Shown in pieces: positions 25,064-34,951 of a stretch of 64,000 bases of DNA. The stretch is from an uncultured Barnesiella sp. (GTDB lineage: Bacteria; Bacteroidota; Bacteroidia; Bacteroidales; Barnesiellaceae_A). The position numbers and the translations under genes were made by a program. The number at the start of each line of letters is the position of its first letter. Position 1 is the stretch's first letter. The notes beneath the pieces are model-generated. The model was not told the origin of the DNA. It did not search any database and saw only the letters and a list, made by a program, of their open reading frames with translations. Where the stretch lies: assembly GCA_944321085.1 (NCBI GenBank), contig CALUJY010000001.1:28671-92670 (forward strand), in the 5' to 3' direction.

Positions 25064-27709
25064 TTAAAATTCTTGTCCGAGGATAAAGTGGAAGTGGCTG
25101 CCACCGCGTTGTCCGAATACCTTGTCGAAGCCATACGCCCAGTCGATACCCAACAATCCTATCATGGGCAGGAATACGCGTACACCCACACCGGCCGACC
25201 GTTTCATGGAGAAGGGGTTAAAGTCGCGTATGTCAGTCCACGCATTACCTGCCTCGGCAAAGGCAAGTCCGTATATGGTTGTAGAGGGTTGCAGCAAGAA
25301 CGGGAAGTGCAGCTCTAATGTAAAGCGCGTGTAAGCATAGCCTTCGTATCCCCACGGCGTGAATGCACCGTTGTCATATCCACGCATACCGATTGTCTCG
25401 GTAGCGTAGGTATAAGAGCCGGTCATACCGTCGCCACCCACGTAGAAGGTCTCGAAGGGCGACTTCTTGTAGGGGTTATAGCTGCCGAGCAAACCGAAGT
25501 CGGCGCGTGTCATGAGCACGAGCGTATATTGGTTCTCGGGCGATGTAATCGGCGTGTAGGTACGGCTCTTGAATTTTATTTTGTAGTACTCTATCCAACG
25601 ATACATCTCTTGGCGTGAGGCCTCGGTGTTTTGTTGCGACAGTGTTTTATAGTCTTTCCCGTCGAAGAGCGAGTAAGGCGGGGTAACCGTTGCCGAGAGA
25701 GAGAATTGCGAGCCTCGGCGTGTATAGATGGGGTTGTCTATCGAAGTACGTGCCAGCGTAGCTCCCAAAGTGATACTGTGCGACACACCGTTGTTCATGT
25801 AGTAGAGGTAGTCCCAATCTTGGAGGATGTATGCCTGGTAACCGAGGTCGAGCATGAATGTGAAATAGTCATCAGGCCACGAAAGTCGTTTTCCGAAAGA
25901 GAAGTTGATACCTGCCATTTGTAATGACTTGGAGGGGTCTATTGCATTCTCTAATTGAGCCTGATAATACGATTGGTCGTAGTAACCGCTGTAACCGCCA
26001 TAATAGCCGCCATAAATGTAGGGATTGTAGTAGTTGCTGTTGTAGAATGAGCTTTCTATACCCGTCTGACGACTGTAATATGCTGATACAGAGAATGAGT
26101 TGGGGCGTTTCCCTCCAAACCACGGATCGAAGAACGAGATACTGTATGCCTGATAGTATCGAGCGTTGGTCTGTGCGCTGATGGTAAACGTTTGTCCGTC
26201 TCCCTGCGGGATGATTCCTTTGTAACTCTTGGGGTTGAAGAGGTTGCGCATGGAGAAGTTGGTAAACTTCAAGCTCAGTTTACCGATGATACCGGTTTGT
26301 CCCCATCCGGCCGAGAACTCTACTTGGTCGTTCGATTTGCTGGTAAGGTTCAGTTCTATATCTACTGTTCCGTTTTCGGGGTTCGGTTTGGGCTGAATGT
26401 CCATCGATTCAGGGTCGAAGTGTCCGGTTTGTGCTATTTCACGCGCCGAACGGATAAGGGCGCTCTTGTCGAAGAGTTCGCCCGGTTTGGTGCGGAGCTC
26501 ACGACGTATCACATGCTCGTAGAGACGGTCGTTACCGTTGATGATAACTTTGTTGATGCGCGCTTGCGGGCCTTCGGTAATCATCATTTCGAGGTCGATA
26601 GAGTCGTTGGCGATATTGGTTTCGAGCGGGACGAGGTTGAAGAAGAGGTAGCCACGGTCCATATAGAGGTTCGATACGGCATCTTCATCTTCGTTGATAC
26701 GTTTATTAAGGAGTTTTTGGTTATAAACATCGCCCGCTTTCATACCGAGGTATGCCGAGAGGACGTCGTTGGTATATATGGTGTTACCAATCCATCGAAT
26801 GTCGCGGATGTGATACTGGTCGCCTTCTTCGATAGAGATATAAATGTCTACTTTGTTTTTGTCATAAGGTACAATACTATCGCACACTACGTAGGCATCG
26901 CGGTAACCTTTCTCGTTGTATTTCTCGGTAAGAACTTGCAGGTCGCTCTCGAAGTCGCTTTCGACAAATTTTTTCTGTTTGAAGATGGTGAAAATGTTAT
27001 CGCGCTCGCTGGTTTTCTTCATCGCCCATTTGAGCTTGAAGTCGGAGAAAACGTTGTTGCCGTTGAAATATATGTGGTGTACCTTGATTTTTTCGTTTTT
27101 GTCGACGTTAATGTCGAGTATTACCTCGTTTTTGTGTGCAAGGTCTTCATGTTGCACAAGTTGTACATCGGCATTTTTGAAACCTTTCTCGTCGAAATAT
27201 TTTTTGATAATCATCTCGGCTCGGTTAACGATGTTAGGGGTTATTTGTTGCCCTTTTGCCAAACCGAGACGTGCTTCCAAATCCTCCCGTTCGCCTTTTT
27301 TAACGCCGTTGTAGTTGATTTGCGAGATGCGGGGTTGAGGGGTAAGTCTTATTTCGAGCCATGCTTTGTCACCGTAGGCTTTGGTCCATACGATGGCCAC
27401 ATCTGAGAACAATCCTTGTCGCCAGAATCGCTTTATGGCGTTGGTAATGTCGTCGCCGGGAATTTCTACGCGTTGTCCCTTTGAAAGTCCCGAATAACCG
27501 ATAATGATATAATCCTCGTAATTGTCGGCGCCTACGACCGTAATATCGGCAATTTCGTAGATTTGAGGCGTCTGTGAGTAGACGACCGTGGGATTGTATA
27601 TCGTGTCGGTTTCGACGGTTTGTGCGGCGCTATACTGCGCGTAACAAATCGAGACAAAAATTGCGGCAACCAATATTCTTATTTTCTGTGACATGGATTT
27701 ACTGTACAT
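25064..27709 (-). CDS. bamA: outer membrane protein assembly factor BamA
   Basis: 881 aa. N-terminal POTRA-like repeats (e.g. ...ITVVGADNY..., INKVIINGNDRLYEHVIRREL). C-terminal beta-barrel ending ...HFHFILGQEF. uppS-bamA-skp synteny. Confidence 0.9.
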   Translation of the reverse strand: MYSKSMSQKIRILVAAIFVSICYAQYSAAQTVETDTIYNPTVVYSQTPQIYEIADITVVGADNYEDYIIIGYSGLSKGQRVEIPGDDITNAIKRFWRQGLFSDVAIVWTKAYGDKAWLEIRLTPQPRISQINYNGVKKGEREDLEARLGLAKGQQITPNIVNRAEMIIKKYFDEKGFKNADVQLVQHEDLAHKNEVILDINVDKNEKIKVHHIYFNGNNVFSDFKLKWAMKKTSERDNIFTIFKQKKFVESDFESDLQVLTEKYNEKGYRDAYVVCDSIVPYDKNKVDIYISIEEGDQYHIRDIRWIGNTIYTNDVLSAYLGMKAGDVYNQKLLNKRINEDEDAVSNLYMDRGYLFFNLVPLETNIANDSIDLEMMITEGPQARINKVIINGNDRLYEHVIRRELRTKPGELFDKSALIRSAREIAQTGHFDPESMDIQPKPNPENGTVDIELNLTSKSNDQVEFSAGWGQTGIIGKLSLKFTNFSMRNLFNPKSYKGIIPQGDGQTFTISAQTNARYYQAYSISFFDPWFGGKRPNSFSVSAYYSRQTGIESSFYNSNYYNPYIYGGYYGGYSGYYDQSYYQAQLENAIDPSKSLQMAGINFSFGKRLSWPDDYFTFMLDLGYQAYILQDWDYLYYMNNGVSHSITLGATLARTSIDNPIYTRRGSQFSLSATVTPPYSLFDGKDYKTLSQQNTEASRQEMYRWIEYYKIKFKSRTYTPITSPENQYTLVLMTRADFGLLGSYNPYKKSPFETFYVGGDGMTGSYTYATETIGMRGYDNGAFTPWGYEGYAYTRFTLELHFPFLLQPSTTIYGLAFAEAGNAWTDIRDFNPFSMKRSAGVGVRVFLPMIGLLGIDWAYGFDKVFGQRGGSHFHFILGQEF

Positions 27710-28465
27710 CTAAACGTTGTCGTTATGTTGTATCTGTTCGCTTGTTTTTCCGAAACGGCGTTCTCGCTTTTGGTAGTCGATGATGGCGCGATAAAGGCTT
27801 TCGTCGGTGAAGTCAGGCCAATATTCGTCGGTAAAATAAAATTCGGCATAAGCGAGTTGCCACAGCAGGAAGTTGCTGATACGCAATTCTCCTCCGGTGC
27901 GAATGAGCAAATCGGGTTCGGGAAGCGATGCTGTGGTGAGGTATGAGGCGAAAAGTTTTTCGTCGATGTTGTGTGGATTTACGGAGCCGTTTATGGCATC
28001 TTGTGCAATGTGTTGTGCGGCAGTCGTAATTTCCCATCGCGAGGAGTAACTCAATGCTAAATTTAAGATAATGCGTTTGCCGGCAGCCGTATCATCGATA
28101 CATTTTTGCAACCGCTTCTGCACCTCGGCAGGCATGCGGGATATGTCGCCTATCACACCTAATTTCACGCCGTTGGCTATCATACCGGGTGTTTCGCGTT
28201 CGATGCCGAAGACGACGAGCGACATCAAGGCATCGACTTCTTCTTGCGGACGGTTCCAGTTTTCGGTTGAGAAAGCATATAAAGTAAGACATTCCACTCC
28301 TATATCGGCGGCGGCGTTGGTTATCTCGTGCACTACGTCGAGACCCTTGCGATGGCCTTGGGAGCGGTCGAGGTTCCTTTGTTTTGCCCACCGACCGTTG
28401 CCGTCCATGATGATTGCTACATGGCGCGGTACGGCAGTCTTATCTATTTTTTCTACAAGTGACAT
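27710..28465 (-). CDS. uppS: isoprenyl transferase (undecaprenyl diphosphate synthase)
   Basis: PRHVAIIMDGNGRWA...LTLYAFSTENWNRP...IRTGGE.RISNFLLWQ.AY.E motifs. Start set to MSLVEKID (ATG 28463-28465), which avoids overlap with the upstream gene. Confidence 0.9.
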   Translation of the reverse strand: MSLVEKIDKTAVPRHVAIIMDGNGRWAKQRNLDRSQGHRKGLDVVHEITNAAADIGVECLTLYAFSTENWNRPQEEVDALMSLVVFGIERETPGMIANGVKLGVIGDISRMPAEVQKRLQKCIDDTAAGKRIILNLALSYSSRWEITTAAQHIAQDAINGSVNPHNIDEKLFASYLTTASLPEPDLLIRTGGELRISNFLLWQLAYAEFYFTDEYWPDFTDESLYRAIIDYQKRERRFGKTSEQIQHNDNV

Positions 28466-28487
28466 CTTGTGTTTTATATATCGGTAT

Positions 28488-29213
28488 TTATTTTTTCTTT
28501 TTGGGGTTGGGACAACCATTGCAGGGCAACGTCTTGAACCCGAAATCGTAGCTTATCGTGAATACGAGTGTCGAGAACCAATCGGTATTCTTGATGAGTG
28601 AGCTCGGTATCAGGTAGGGGTCGTCGAGTTGTTTCAAGTCAACTCTGTCGCCCAACACCTTGTGCATGGCAAATTCAAGTCCTATGTTCCACCGCTCGGC
28701 GAGTTTGTATTTGATGCCCACGCCGAAGGGGATATTCACCGCAAAAAAGTTGTTACCCTCGGGGAAACCGCAGCAAAACGCTAAACCGGCTGTCAGATAG
28801 GGCGATATGCGGCTGGTATTGAGATAGGATTTTCCCATGCCGTAATTAAAAAAATTGAATTCGGCACGACATCCTGCATCGAAGAGTGTCGTGTTGAATT
28901 TGTATGTCTCCCCGCCGGGAAACACATTGCTATGGTCGGCGCTGTTGCCCGACAGCATGGCTGTCGACAAATTGGCTCTGATAGCCCATCGGTAGTTTAT
29001 CACGTAACGGAACAAAAAGCCGCCCGTAAATCCCGGCCGATAAATCACCGATGCTTCGTTGGCGTCGCCCCAATAGCTACTTATACCGGCTTCGGCTCCT
29101 ATTTCGTATTTATAATCTTGCGCTACTGCATACTGTGTCGTGCAGAGCAGGCAGCACATCAAAGCCCATGCCGGAAAACATCTTATATACAAATATTTTA
29201 TCTTATCGCTCAT
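28488..29213 (-). CDS. small outer-membrane beta-barrel protein (DUF6089-like, by context)
   Basis: Signal-like N-terminus. Alternating aromatic/Gly strands (YEIGAEAGISSYWGD, WAIRANLSTAML, WNIGLEFAMHKVLGD). Sits directly upstream of uppS-bamA. Confidence 0.5.
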   Translation of the reverse strand: MSDKIKYLYIRCFPAWALMCCLLCTTQYAVAQDYKYEIGAEAGISSYWGDANEASVIYRPGFTGGFLFRYVINYRWAIRANLSTAMLSGNSADHSNVFPGGETYKFNTTLFDAGCRAEFNFFNYGMGKSYLNTSRISPYLTAGLAFCCGFPEGNNFFAVNIPFGVGIKYKLAERWNIGLEFAMHKVLGDRVDLKQLDDPYLIPSSLIKNTDWFSTLVFTISYDFGFKTLPCNGCPNPKKKK

Positions 29214-29274
29214 CGCTCTTCTATTTTATGTAGAAACGCGAGAAAAACGCGAAAAGTATTTCGAGTCGCATATT

Positions 29275-30735
29275 TTAAGGTATCGGGTCAAAACGCAACC
29301 TGTTTATTACGCCTCGCCATATTTGGTTATAGGCATAGCCTTCGTGGTTGATGCCTCCAAACATATATATATAAGGTATAAGATGTTCTGACGAAGCGGT
29401 GCGCATCGGTAATGCACGGTATCCTTCCGGCAGGGAAGGTTCGTCCATACGGTACCAATCGGCGAGGGTGGTATTGGCGGCTTCCTCGCATACGATTACC
29501 GAAGCGTATGCACGAGGCGAAATGTAGCCGGGCATTTGCATCAAATCGTCGGCTTTGTTCCATGTCACGCCGTAATTGGTCGTAAGCCATACGTCGTCGA
29601 GTGTCGATTGGTCGTTCTCGCCTCCTATAACAAACCATGCGGTTTGTTCGGTGGTCACCCAGTTGTCGTCTACGATGAATGTGACGTAGGGGAAGAGCAT
29701 TGCTCCCTCGCGTGGCGGCATGTCGTTGCTCAGCAGTGCCCAAGTCGTGCCGTCGTAACCCCACATTGCACCGGTAAGTGAGCCGTCAGCAAGGCGGCCT
29801 CCCACTATCATACCTTGTGGGGCGGTCATCCATGACGATGAGTAGATAAGCATTTCGCTCATGCCGCTTACCGGGAAAGATGCCGGTACGGGTGAAAGGG
29901 TGAAGCCTTCGGGACGCGGATATTTGTCGTGGTAATAGGTCTCTCCCTCTTTGCTTATCAGCAACATGCAGCCGTTCCATTCGCCCAATATGGCTGCGTA
30001 GTTGCCGCCTATGGCCGTCCATGTCAAGGCGTCGACCGATGAATAGAGCGTGCCCGAGGTATCGAGCATGTAGAGGGCGTCGTCGGCTGCCTGTATCGAG
30101 AGCAGGTCGGGTGTAAAGTCGAAAGTCAATTCGTTTATTGTCCACGTATCGCCGGGCGTGAGGGCTGTCGCTACTTGATATGCTCCGTCACGTTGCATGA
30201 AGCAGTAGAGCAATCCGTTGTATTCTATCGTTTTCTGGTGTTGCAGCGTACCGCTTCCCGGCAGGCTGCCGTAGCTCATGCCGCCCCACGAAAGCAGGTC
30301 GGCCTCGACGGTGTGTACATTGACCGTGATGGTATATTTTTTAGAGTTGTTGCCGCTTTGCGAGATGACTTCCATCTCTACGGGCGATGTGAAGTCGATT
30401 TTCGTATCGTCCGACTGTACATAGTCGAATGTCGACCCGTCGGCTTGCGTCACGATGGCCGATGATGCGCCTTCGAAAGTGATGGTAGCTCCGAGGCTCG
30501 ATACATCGGTACCGCGGGGCAGTGAATCGGCGTTGAATATCAGCCCGTTTTCGAGGTCTATGGTAAAAAATACATTGTTCAGATTATCCAATACCGCAGT
30601 ATCGGCTGCCAAAGAAAATGCTGACACACGTACGCTGTCCGAGTAGACAGTCGGTTCTGTTTCTTCCTCTTTGCACGCCGAGAAAAGGATGATTGCGGCA
30701 AGAAAAAAAAGGATATGTTCTATTTTCCCTTTCAT
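29275..30735 (-). CDS. lipoprotein with an Ig-like N-domain and a probable beta-propeller C-domain, function unknown
   Basis: Lipobox IILFSACKEE. N-domain VRVSAFSL...KKYTITVNVH. Repeated W/G/Y-rich blades (..LYCFMQRDGAYQV.., ..LYMLDTSGTLYSS.., ..MLLISKEGETYY.., ..MIVGGRLADGSL.., ..WFVIGGEN.., ..IYMFGGINHEG..). Confidence 0.5.
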   Translation of the reverse strand: MKGKIEHILFFLAAIILFSACKEEETEPTVYSDSVRVSAFSLAADTAVLDNLNNVFFTIDLENGLIFNADSLPRGTDVSSLGATITFEGASSAIVTQADGSTFDYVQSDDTKIDFTSPVEMEVISQSGNNSKKYTITVNVHTVEADLLSWGGMSYGSLPGSGTLQHQKTIEYNGLLYCFMQRDGAYQVATALTPGDTWTINELTFDFTPDLLSIQAADDALYMLDTSGTLYSSVDALTWTAIGGNYAAILGEWNGCMLLISKEGETYYHDKYPRPEGFTLSPVPASFPVSGMSEMLIYSSSWMTAPQGMIVGGRLADGSLTGAMWGYDGTTWALLSNDMPPREGAMLFPYVTFIVDDNWVTTEQTAWFVIGGENDQSTLDDVWLTTNYGVTWNKADDLMQMPGYISPRAYASVIVCEEAANTTLADWYRMDEPSLPEGYRALPMRTASSEHLIPYIYMFGGINHEGYAYNQIWRGVINRLRFDPIP

Positions 30736-30773
30736 TCTGTGACACTTTTGATGCTTATATTCGTAACAAACGA

Positions 30774-30781
30774 CAAAGGTA
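30774..30781 (-). promoter_or_regulatory. -7 box TACCTTTG upstream of the 486-aa lipoprotein gene
   Basis: CAAAGGTA on the plus strand, ~40 nt upstream of the ATG at 30735. The -33 element is not obvious. Confidence 0.35.
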
Positions 30782-30936
30782 GTAACTTTTTTGGCTTAGC
30801 TCTATTTATGGTCTCACAATTATAATAATTTAGAGATAGTAATGGTTGCAAACAGCCTAAAAAGATGCTGTTTTATAGCTTAGGAGCGCGTTATATGGCG
30901 GCGGACGACGATTTTTGTCATATCAATCTGCGGTTT

Positions 30937-32028
30937 TTACCGACGAGTCAGAATAGTGGTATATCTGCCCGGGGAATGAACATTTATTTGCATTTTGCAA
31001 CCTTCGATATGGGGGGCTGCGATGCCGTCGCGGAGCAACAACGGAGCGGTCTCGATGCGGGCTTCATCCCATAGTTCGGCATGGATAAATGATTGTAACA
31101 GGCGTGCGCCGCCTTCCACCAACAGGCTTTGTATTTTGCGGCGTGCCAGCTCGGGTATCAAGGTCTCTATGGCATCGCCTCCGGGCGGTAAGGGTAGCAC
31201 ATCGACAGCGGGCGAGGTGCAGTGTCCTACGATAAGCGTGGGTGTTGTGCCATCCAAAAGATGCGCTTGTGCCGGCAGGATACCATTCCGGTCTATGGCT
31301 ATGCGAAGTGGGTTTTTGCCGCTCCAATAACGCGTGGTGAGTGACGGGTTGTCGGCGATGGCTGTGCGAGTGCCTACTAAGATGGCGTCGCATGTCGCCC
31401 GCAGGCGATGCGCCCATAATCGGGTGACAGCATCGGAGAGCCGGGTTGGCGGGTCGCTGTCGGGTCGTTGTCGGTCTATAAATCCGTCGGCGCTTTGTGC
31501 CCATTTGAGGATGATATAAGGACGGCCTTTTTCTTGGAAGGTCATGAAAAAGCGGTTCAGGGCATGGCATTCTTCTTCGAGCACACCTGTTATGACCTCG
31601 ATGCCTTGTTCGCGCAGTCGTCCGATACCTCGTCCCGATACTTGTGGAAAAGGGTCGGCACAGCCTATCACAACGCGAGGTATGCGACATGAAATAATCA
31701 GCTCGCAGCAAGGCGGCGTTTTGCCGTAATGAGAACAGGGTTCGAGCGAGACGTAAAGCGTCGATTTTGTTAACAGGCTTTTGTCGCGTACCGAGTTTAT
31801 TGCGTTGACTTCGGCATGAGCTTCTCCGCAGCAGCGGTGGTAACCCTCGCCGATGATGCGTCCGTCGTATACGACTACGGCGCCCACCATAGGGTTGGGC
31901 GACGTATGCCCCTGTGCCAATGCCGCCAGTTGCAAGCAGCGTCGCATATAGAACTCGTGGCTGCCCGGGAGTACGGTTTCCCGGTCGTTTCCTGCCAATG
32001 CCGATGGCAAGTCAAAAGATATATCCAT
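30937..32028 (-). CDS. ribD: bifunctional riboflavin biosynthesis deaminase/reductase RibD
   Basis: YMRRCLQLA..G.TSPNPMVGAVVV, CGEAHAEVNAI and LEPCSHYGKTPPCC (zinc deaminase motifs), plus a C-terminal reductase domain. Confidence 0.9.
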   Translation of the reverse strand: MDISFDLPSALAGNDRETVLPGSHEFYMRRCLQLAALAQGHTSPNPMVGAVVVYDGRIIGEGYHRCCGEAHAEVNAINSVRDKSLLTKSTLYVSLEPCSHYGKTPPCCELIISCRIPRVVIGCADPFPQVSGRGIGRLREQGIEVITGVLEEECHALNRFFMTFQEKGRPYIILKWAQSADGFIDRQRPDSDPPTRLSDAVTRLWAHRLRATCDAILVGTRTAIADNPSLTTRYWSGKNPLRIAIDRNGILPAQAHLLDGTTPTLIVGHCTSPAVDVLPLPPGGDAIETLIPELARRKIQSLLVEGGARLLQSFIHAELWDEARIETAPLLLRDGIAAPHIEGCKMQINVHSPGRYTTILTRR

Positions 32029-32056
32029 ATAATTTTTCTACTTTCTGTATTTCTAT

Positions 32057-32064
32057 TATCTTTG
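32057..32064 (+). promoter_or_regulatory. -7 box TATCTTTG upstream of prmC
   Basis: TAnnTTTG match ~60 nt upstream of the ATG at 32127. The -33 is weak (TTTC). Confidence 0.3.
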
Positions 32065-32126
32065 CAGGCAGCTTGCGCGACCGTGCAATGCTTACCCCAA
32101 AAGAATGATTACCTTTCACGGGCATA

Positions 32127-32993
32127 TTGCAGCATAAAGTTATGCAGTACTCTCTCGACTTGATACGCACAACGCTTCGCGGTTTGTATCCTCCGGGCGA
32201 GATAAGTTATTTTACCCGTATGATATTGGAGGAGTTGTGCGGATTTACTACCGTCGATATCGTTCTGCACAAAGATACGATTCTTAGGGATGAGATACAC
32301 AAAAAAATCGCGTCAATCGTAGAAAGATTGTCGCATTACGAGCCTATACAATATATTTTGGGTTCTGCTTTTTTCTGTGGTCGGCGTTTCGCGGTGGGCA
32401 AGGGCGTACTGATACCGCGTCCCGAAACGGAGGAGTTGGTAGATTGCATCATTCGGCACAACCGAGACGTGAAACCCTCGTATATAGCCGACTATTGCAC
32501 GGGAAGTGGTTGCATTGCCATTACGTTGGCAAAGAGTTTCGATGATGCAAAGGTCGAGGGATGGGATATATCGGAAGCGGCGTTGGCTTTTGCCTGTCGC
32601 AATGCCCGCGATAATGAAGCTACGGTAGAGTGGGGCATACGCGATGTGTTGGCTTACGAACCTCGGGGTAATTGCTACTATGATATTATCGTGAGCAACC
32701 CTCCCTATGTACTCGAAAGCGAAAAAGCGACTATGGAACGAAATGTCATAGACTATGAGCCGCACAACGCCCTTTTTGTTCCCGACGAAAATCCGTTGCT
32801 GTTTTACGATGCCATAGCCCGGATAGCCCGGAGCGAGTTGCGTCCGGGCGGGAAACTCTACTTCGAGATAAACAGCCGCATGGGCGATGCTTGCTGCAAG
32901 CTGCTGCAAAACAAAGGATGGAAAGAAATTGTAATATATAAAGACTCTTCGGGGCTCGACCGTATTATCGAAGCCGAAAAAGAGATTTGTTGA
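32127..32993 (+). CDS. prmC: peptide chain release factor N5-glutamine methyltransferase
   Basis: LIPRPETEELV, DYCTGSGCIAI (SAM motif) and IVSNPPYV (NPPY). Confidence 0.85.
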   Translation: MQHKVMQYSLDLIRTTLRGLYPPGEISYFTRMILEELCGFTTVDIVLHKDTILRDEIHKKIASIVERLSHYEPIQYILGSAFFCGRRFAVGKGVLIPRPETEELVDCIIRHNRDVKPSYIADYCTGSGCIAITLAKSFDDAKVEGWDISEAALAFACRNARDNEATVEWGIRDVLAYEPRGNCYYDIIVSNPPYVLESEKATMERNVIDYEPHNALFVPDENPLLFYDAIARIARSELRPGGKLYFEINSRMGDACCKLLQNKGWKEIVIYKDSSGLDRIIEAEKEIC

Positions 32994-33012
32994 ATACTAA
33001 TTTAGACTGAAC

Positions 33013-33504
33013 ATGCCTGATACAATTACTCGCGATGAGGCTTACCGCAAACTTGCTGCACGTTGCTCGGCAAAAGAGTGTTGTGTGGCGGAAGTGCGTG
33101 AGAAATTGCATAACTGGAACATTCCCCGCAAAGAGGAAGAGAGTATCATAGAACAGTTGGTGAAAGAGAATTACATCGATGAAGCCCGCTATTGCAGGGC
33201 TTATGCGCAAGACCAGTTCCGCTTTTCGGGCTGGGGGCGTATCAAGATAGGATATACTCTGCGGCAAAAGCAGATAGACCCTCTCACCGTGTCGCAATCG
33301 ATGAAGGTTATTGACGAAGAGGAATATATCGAGGTATTGCGACGTATCTTGAAAAGCAAATACCGTGGGCTCAAAGCCATAGACCCTTCACAACAAGGCG
33401 AAAAGCTGATGCGCTTTGCCGTGTCGCGAGGATTTGAGGCGGAGCTTATCAGAAAATGCCTCAAAGAGCTGTCAGTGGAATGTACGGTTGGCTCAGAGAT
33501 ATAG
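33013..33504 (+). CDS. recX: regulatory protein RecX
   Basis: ~160-aa all-helical protein. LAARCSAKECCVAEVREKL...ENYIDEARYCRAYAQD pattern typical of RecX repeats. Confidence 0.65.
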   Translation: MPDTITRDEAYRKLAARCSAKECCVAEVREKLHNWNIPRKEEESIIEQLVKENYIDEARYCRAYAQDQFRFSGWGRIKIGYTLRQKQIDPLTVSQSMKVIDEEEYIEVLRRILKSKYRGLKAIDPSQQGEKLMRFAVSRGFEAELIRKCLKELSVECTVGSEI

Positions 33505-34169
33505 GCGATTTTTTCTTCCCGCGTTGCTGTTTGGTGTGCGGGCGGGTCTTGTTGCACGACGAGGACTTTTTGTGCTGCCATTGTCTGCTCAATCTTCCGC
33601 GTACAGGTTATGGCAATGTGCCGGACAATCCTATGGAGCAGCTTTTCTATGGCAAATTGCCCGTAGAACGTTGCAATGCTTATTTTTTATTTACCGAGGG
33701 CGGCGATTACCGACGGTTGATACACCGCATCAAATATAACGGGGAGAAAGAGTGCGGGGCTTATCTTGGCAACCTCTTTGCCCGCGAAAATGCCGCAACA
33801 GGATTTTTCGATTCGATTGATTATCTGGTACCAGTCCCGTTACATCGTCGCAAGTTGCGTCAGCGAGGTTATAACCAAAGCGAATGGATAGCACAGGGTA
33901 TAGCCGATGTGACGGGCATACCTCTTTGCACCGATTTGCTTGAATGTGTCACAGACAGGCCGTCGCAAACCCGTAAAGGAATATACGACCGATGGCTTTC
34001 GACTCGCGAGGCTTTCAAGGCGAATCCCGGTATTGTACCGGCTGATAGTCATGTGCTTCTTGTTGATGATGTCGTGACGACGGGCGCAACTCTGTTGGCT
34101 TGCGGAAAGGCACTCGGTGATTTGGGAATAAGCCGTATCAGCATTTGCGCGCTATCGTTGGCGAAATAG
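33480..34169 (+). CDS. comF: ComF family phosphoribosyltransferase-domain protein
   Basis: N-terminal zinc-finger-like FPRCCLVCG...CCHCL and a C-terminal PRTase motif VLLVDDVVTTGATL. Start uncertain (33456 or 33480). Confidence 0.75.
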   Translation: MYGWLRDIGDFFFPRCCLVCGRVLLHDEDFLCCHCLLNLPRTGYGNVPDNPMEQLFYGKLPVERCNAYFLFTEGGDYRRLIHRIKYNGEKECGAYLGNLFARENAATGFFDSIDYLVPVPLHRRKLRQRGYNQSEWIAQGIADVTGIPLCTDLLECVTDRPSQTRKGIYDRWLSTREAFKANPGIVPADSHVLLVDDVVTTGATLLACGKALGDLGISRISICALSLAK

Positions 34170-34250
34170 ATGTTGCCGTTTCGATAACTCTATGATAAAA
34201 AACGAAATAGAAATGTAATAGCCTGTATAGGTTTATTCTTTTACTTTTTG

Positions 34251-34258
34251 TACCTTTG
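34251..34258 (+). promoter_or_regulatory. -7 box TACCTTTG upstream of pyrE
   Basis: TAnnTTTG match ~30 nt upstream of the ATG at 34287. Confidence 0.4.
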
Positions 34259-34286
34259 CGGGACAAATCAAAAAAATCTCCCTAAA

Positions 34287-34940
34287 ATGAAAAGCGTAGA
34301 AAAATTGTTAGCTGAGAAATTACTCAGCATTTGTGCCATAAAGTTACAACCCGCGAATCCGTTTGTATGGGCTTCGGGATGGAACTCCCCTATTTATACC
34401 GATAACCGTCGTACTCTATCGTATCCCGAAGTGCGTAGCTTTATTAAAGTGGAATTATGTCGTCTTATTCTTGAAAACTTCCCCGAAGTACAGGCCATAG
34501 CCGGCGTAGCTACGGGCGCTATTGCACAAGGCGCATTGGTTGCCGATACGCTGGGACTTCCGTATGTATATGTACGTTCGGCACCCAAAGACCACGGATT
34601 GGAGAATCTTATAGAGGGTGCTTTGAAACCCGGACAGAAAGTGGTTGTTATAGAAGACCTCGTTTCAACGGGCAGCAGCAGTATCAAAGTTGTTGAGAGC
34701 ATCCGTAATGCCGGCTGTGAAGTGATAGGTATGGCAGCCATATTCACCTACGGTTTTCCTGAGGCCACACGCCGTTTCAAAGCCGCCAATGTAGAGCTTG
34801 TGACGTTGGGTAATTATAATGCCATGCTCGAAGTAGCTCTCGAAACCAATTATATCGCAGCCGAAGAGTTGGGAACCTTGCAAGAGTGGCGTAAAGACCC
34901 TGCCAATTGGGGGCTTAACGATAAAGACGCAAAAATCTGA
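34287..34940 (+). CDS. pyrE: orotate phosphoribosyltransferase
   Basis: AIKLQPANPFVWASGWNSPIYTDNR and VVVIEDLVSTGSSS (PRPP motif). Start moved to MKSVEKL because the upstream ATG (34248) lies inside the TACCTTTG promoter box. Confidence 0.9.
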   Translation: MKSVEKLLAEKLLSICAIKLQPANPFVWASGWNSPIYTDNRRTLSYPEVRSFIKVELCRLILENFPEVQAIAGVATGAIAQGALVADTLGLPYVYVRSAPKDHGLENLIEGALKPGQKVVVIEDLVSTGSSSIKVVESIRNAGCEVIGMAAIFTYGFPEATRRFKAANVELVTLGNYNAMLEVALETNYIAAEELGTLQEWRKDPANWGLNDKDAKI

Positions 34941-34951
34941 TAACGATAGAA

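Noticed and set aside
32029-32126. FMN riboswitch upstream of ribD.
   Set aside because: Only 98 nt separate ribD from divergent prmC, which is too short for an FMN element plus promoters. I see none of the conserved FMN-aptamer stretches.
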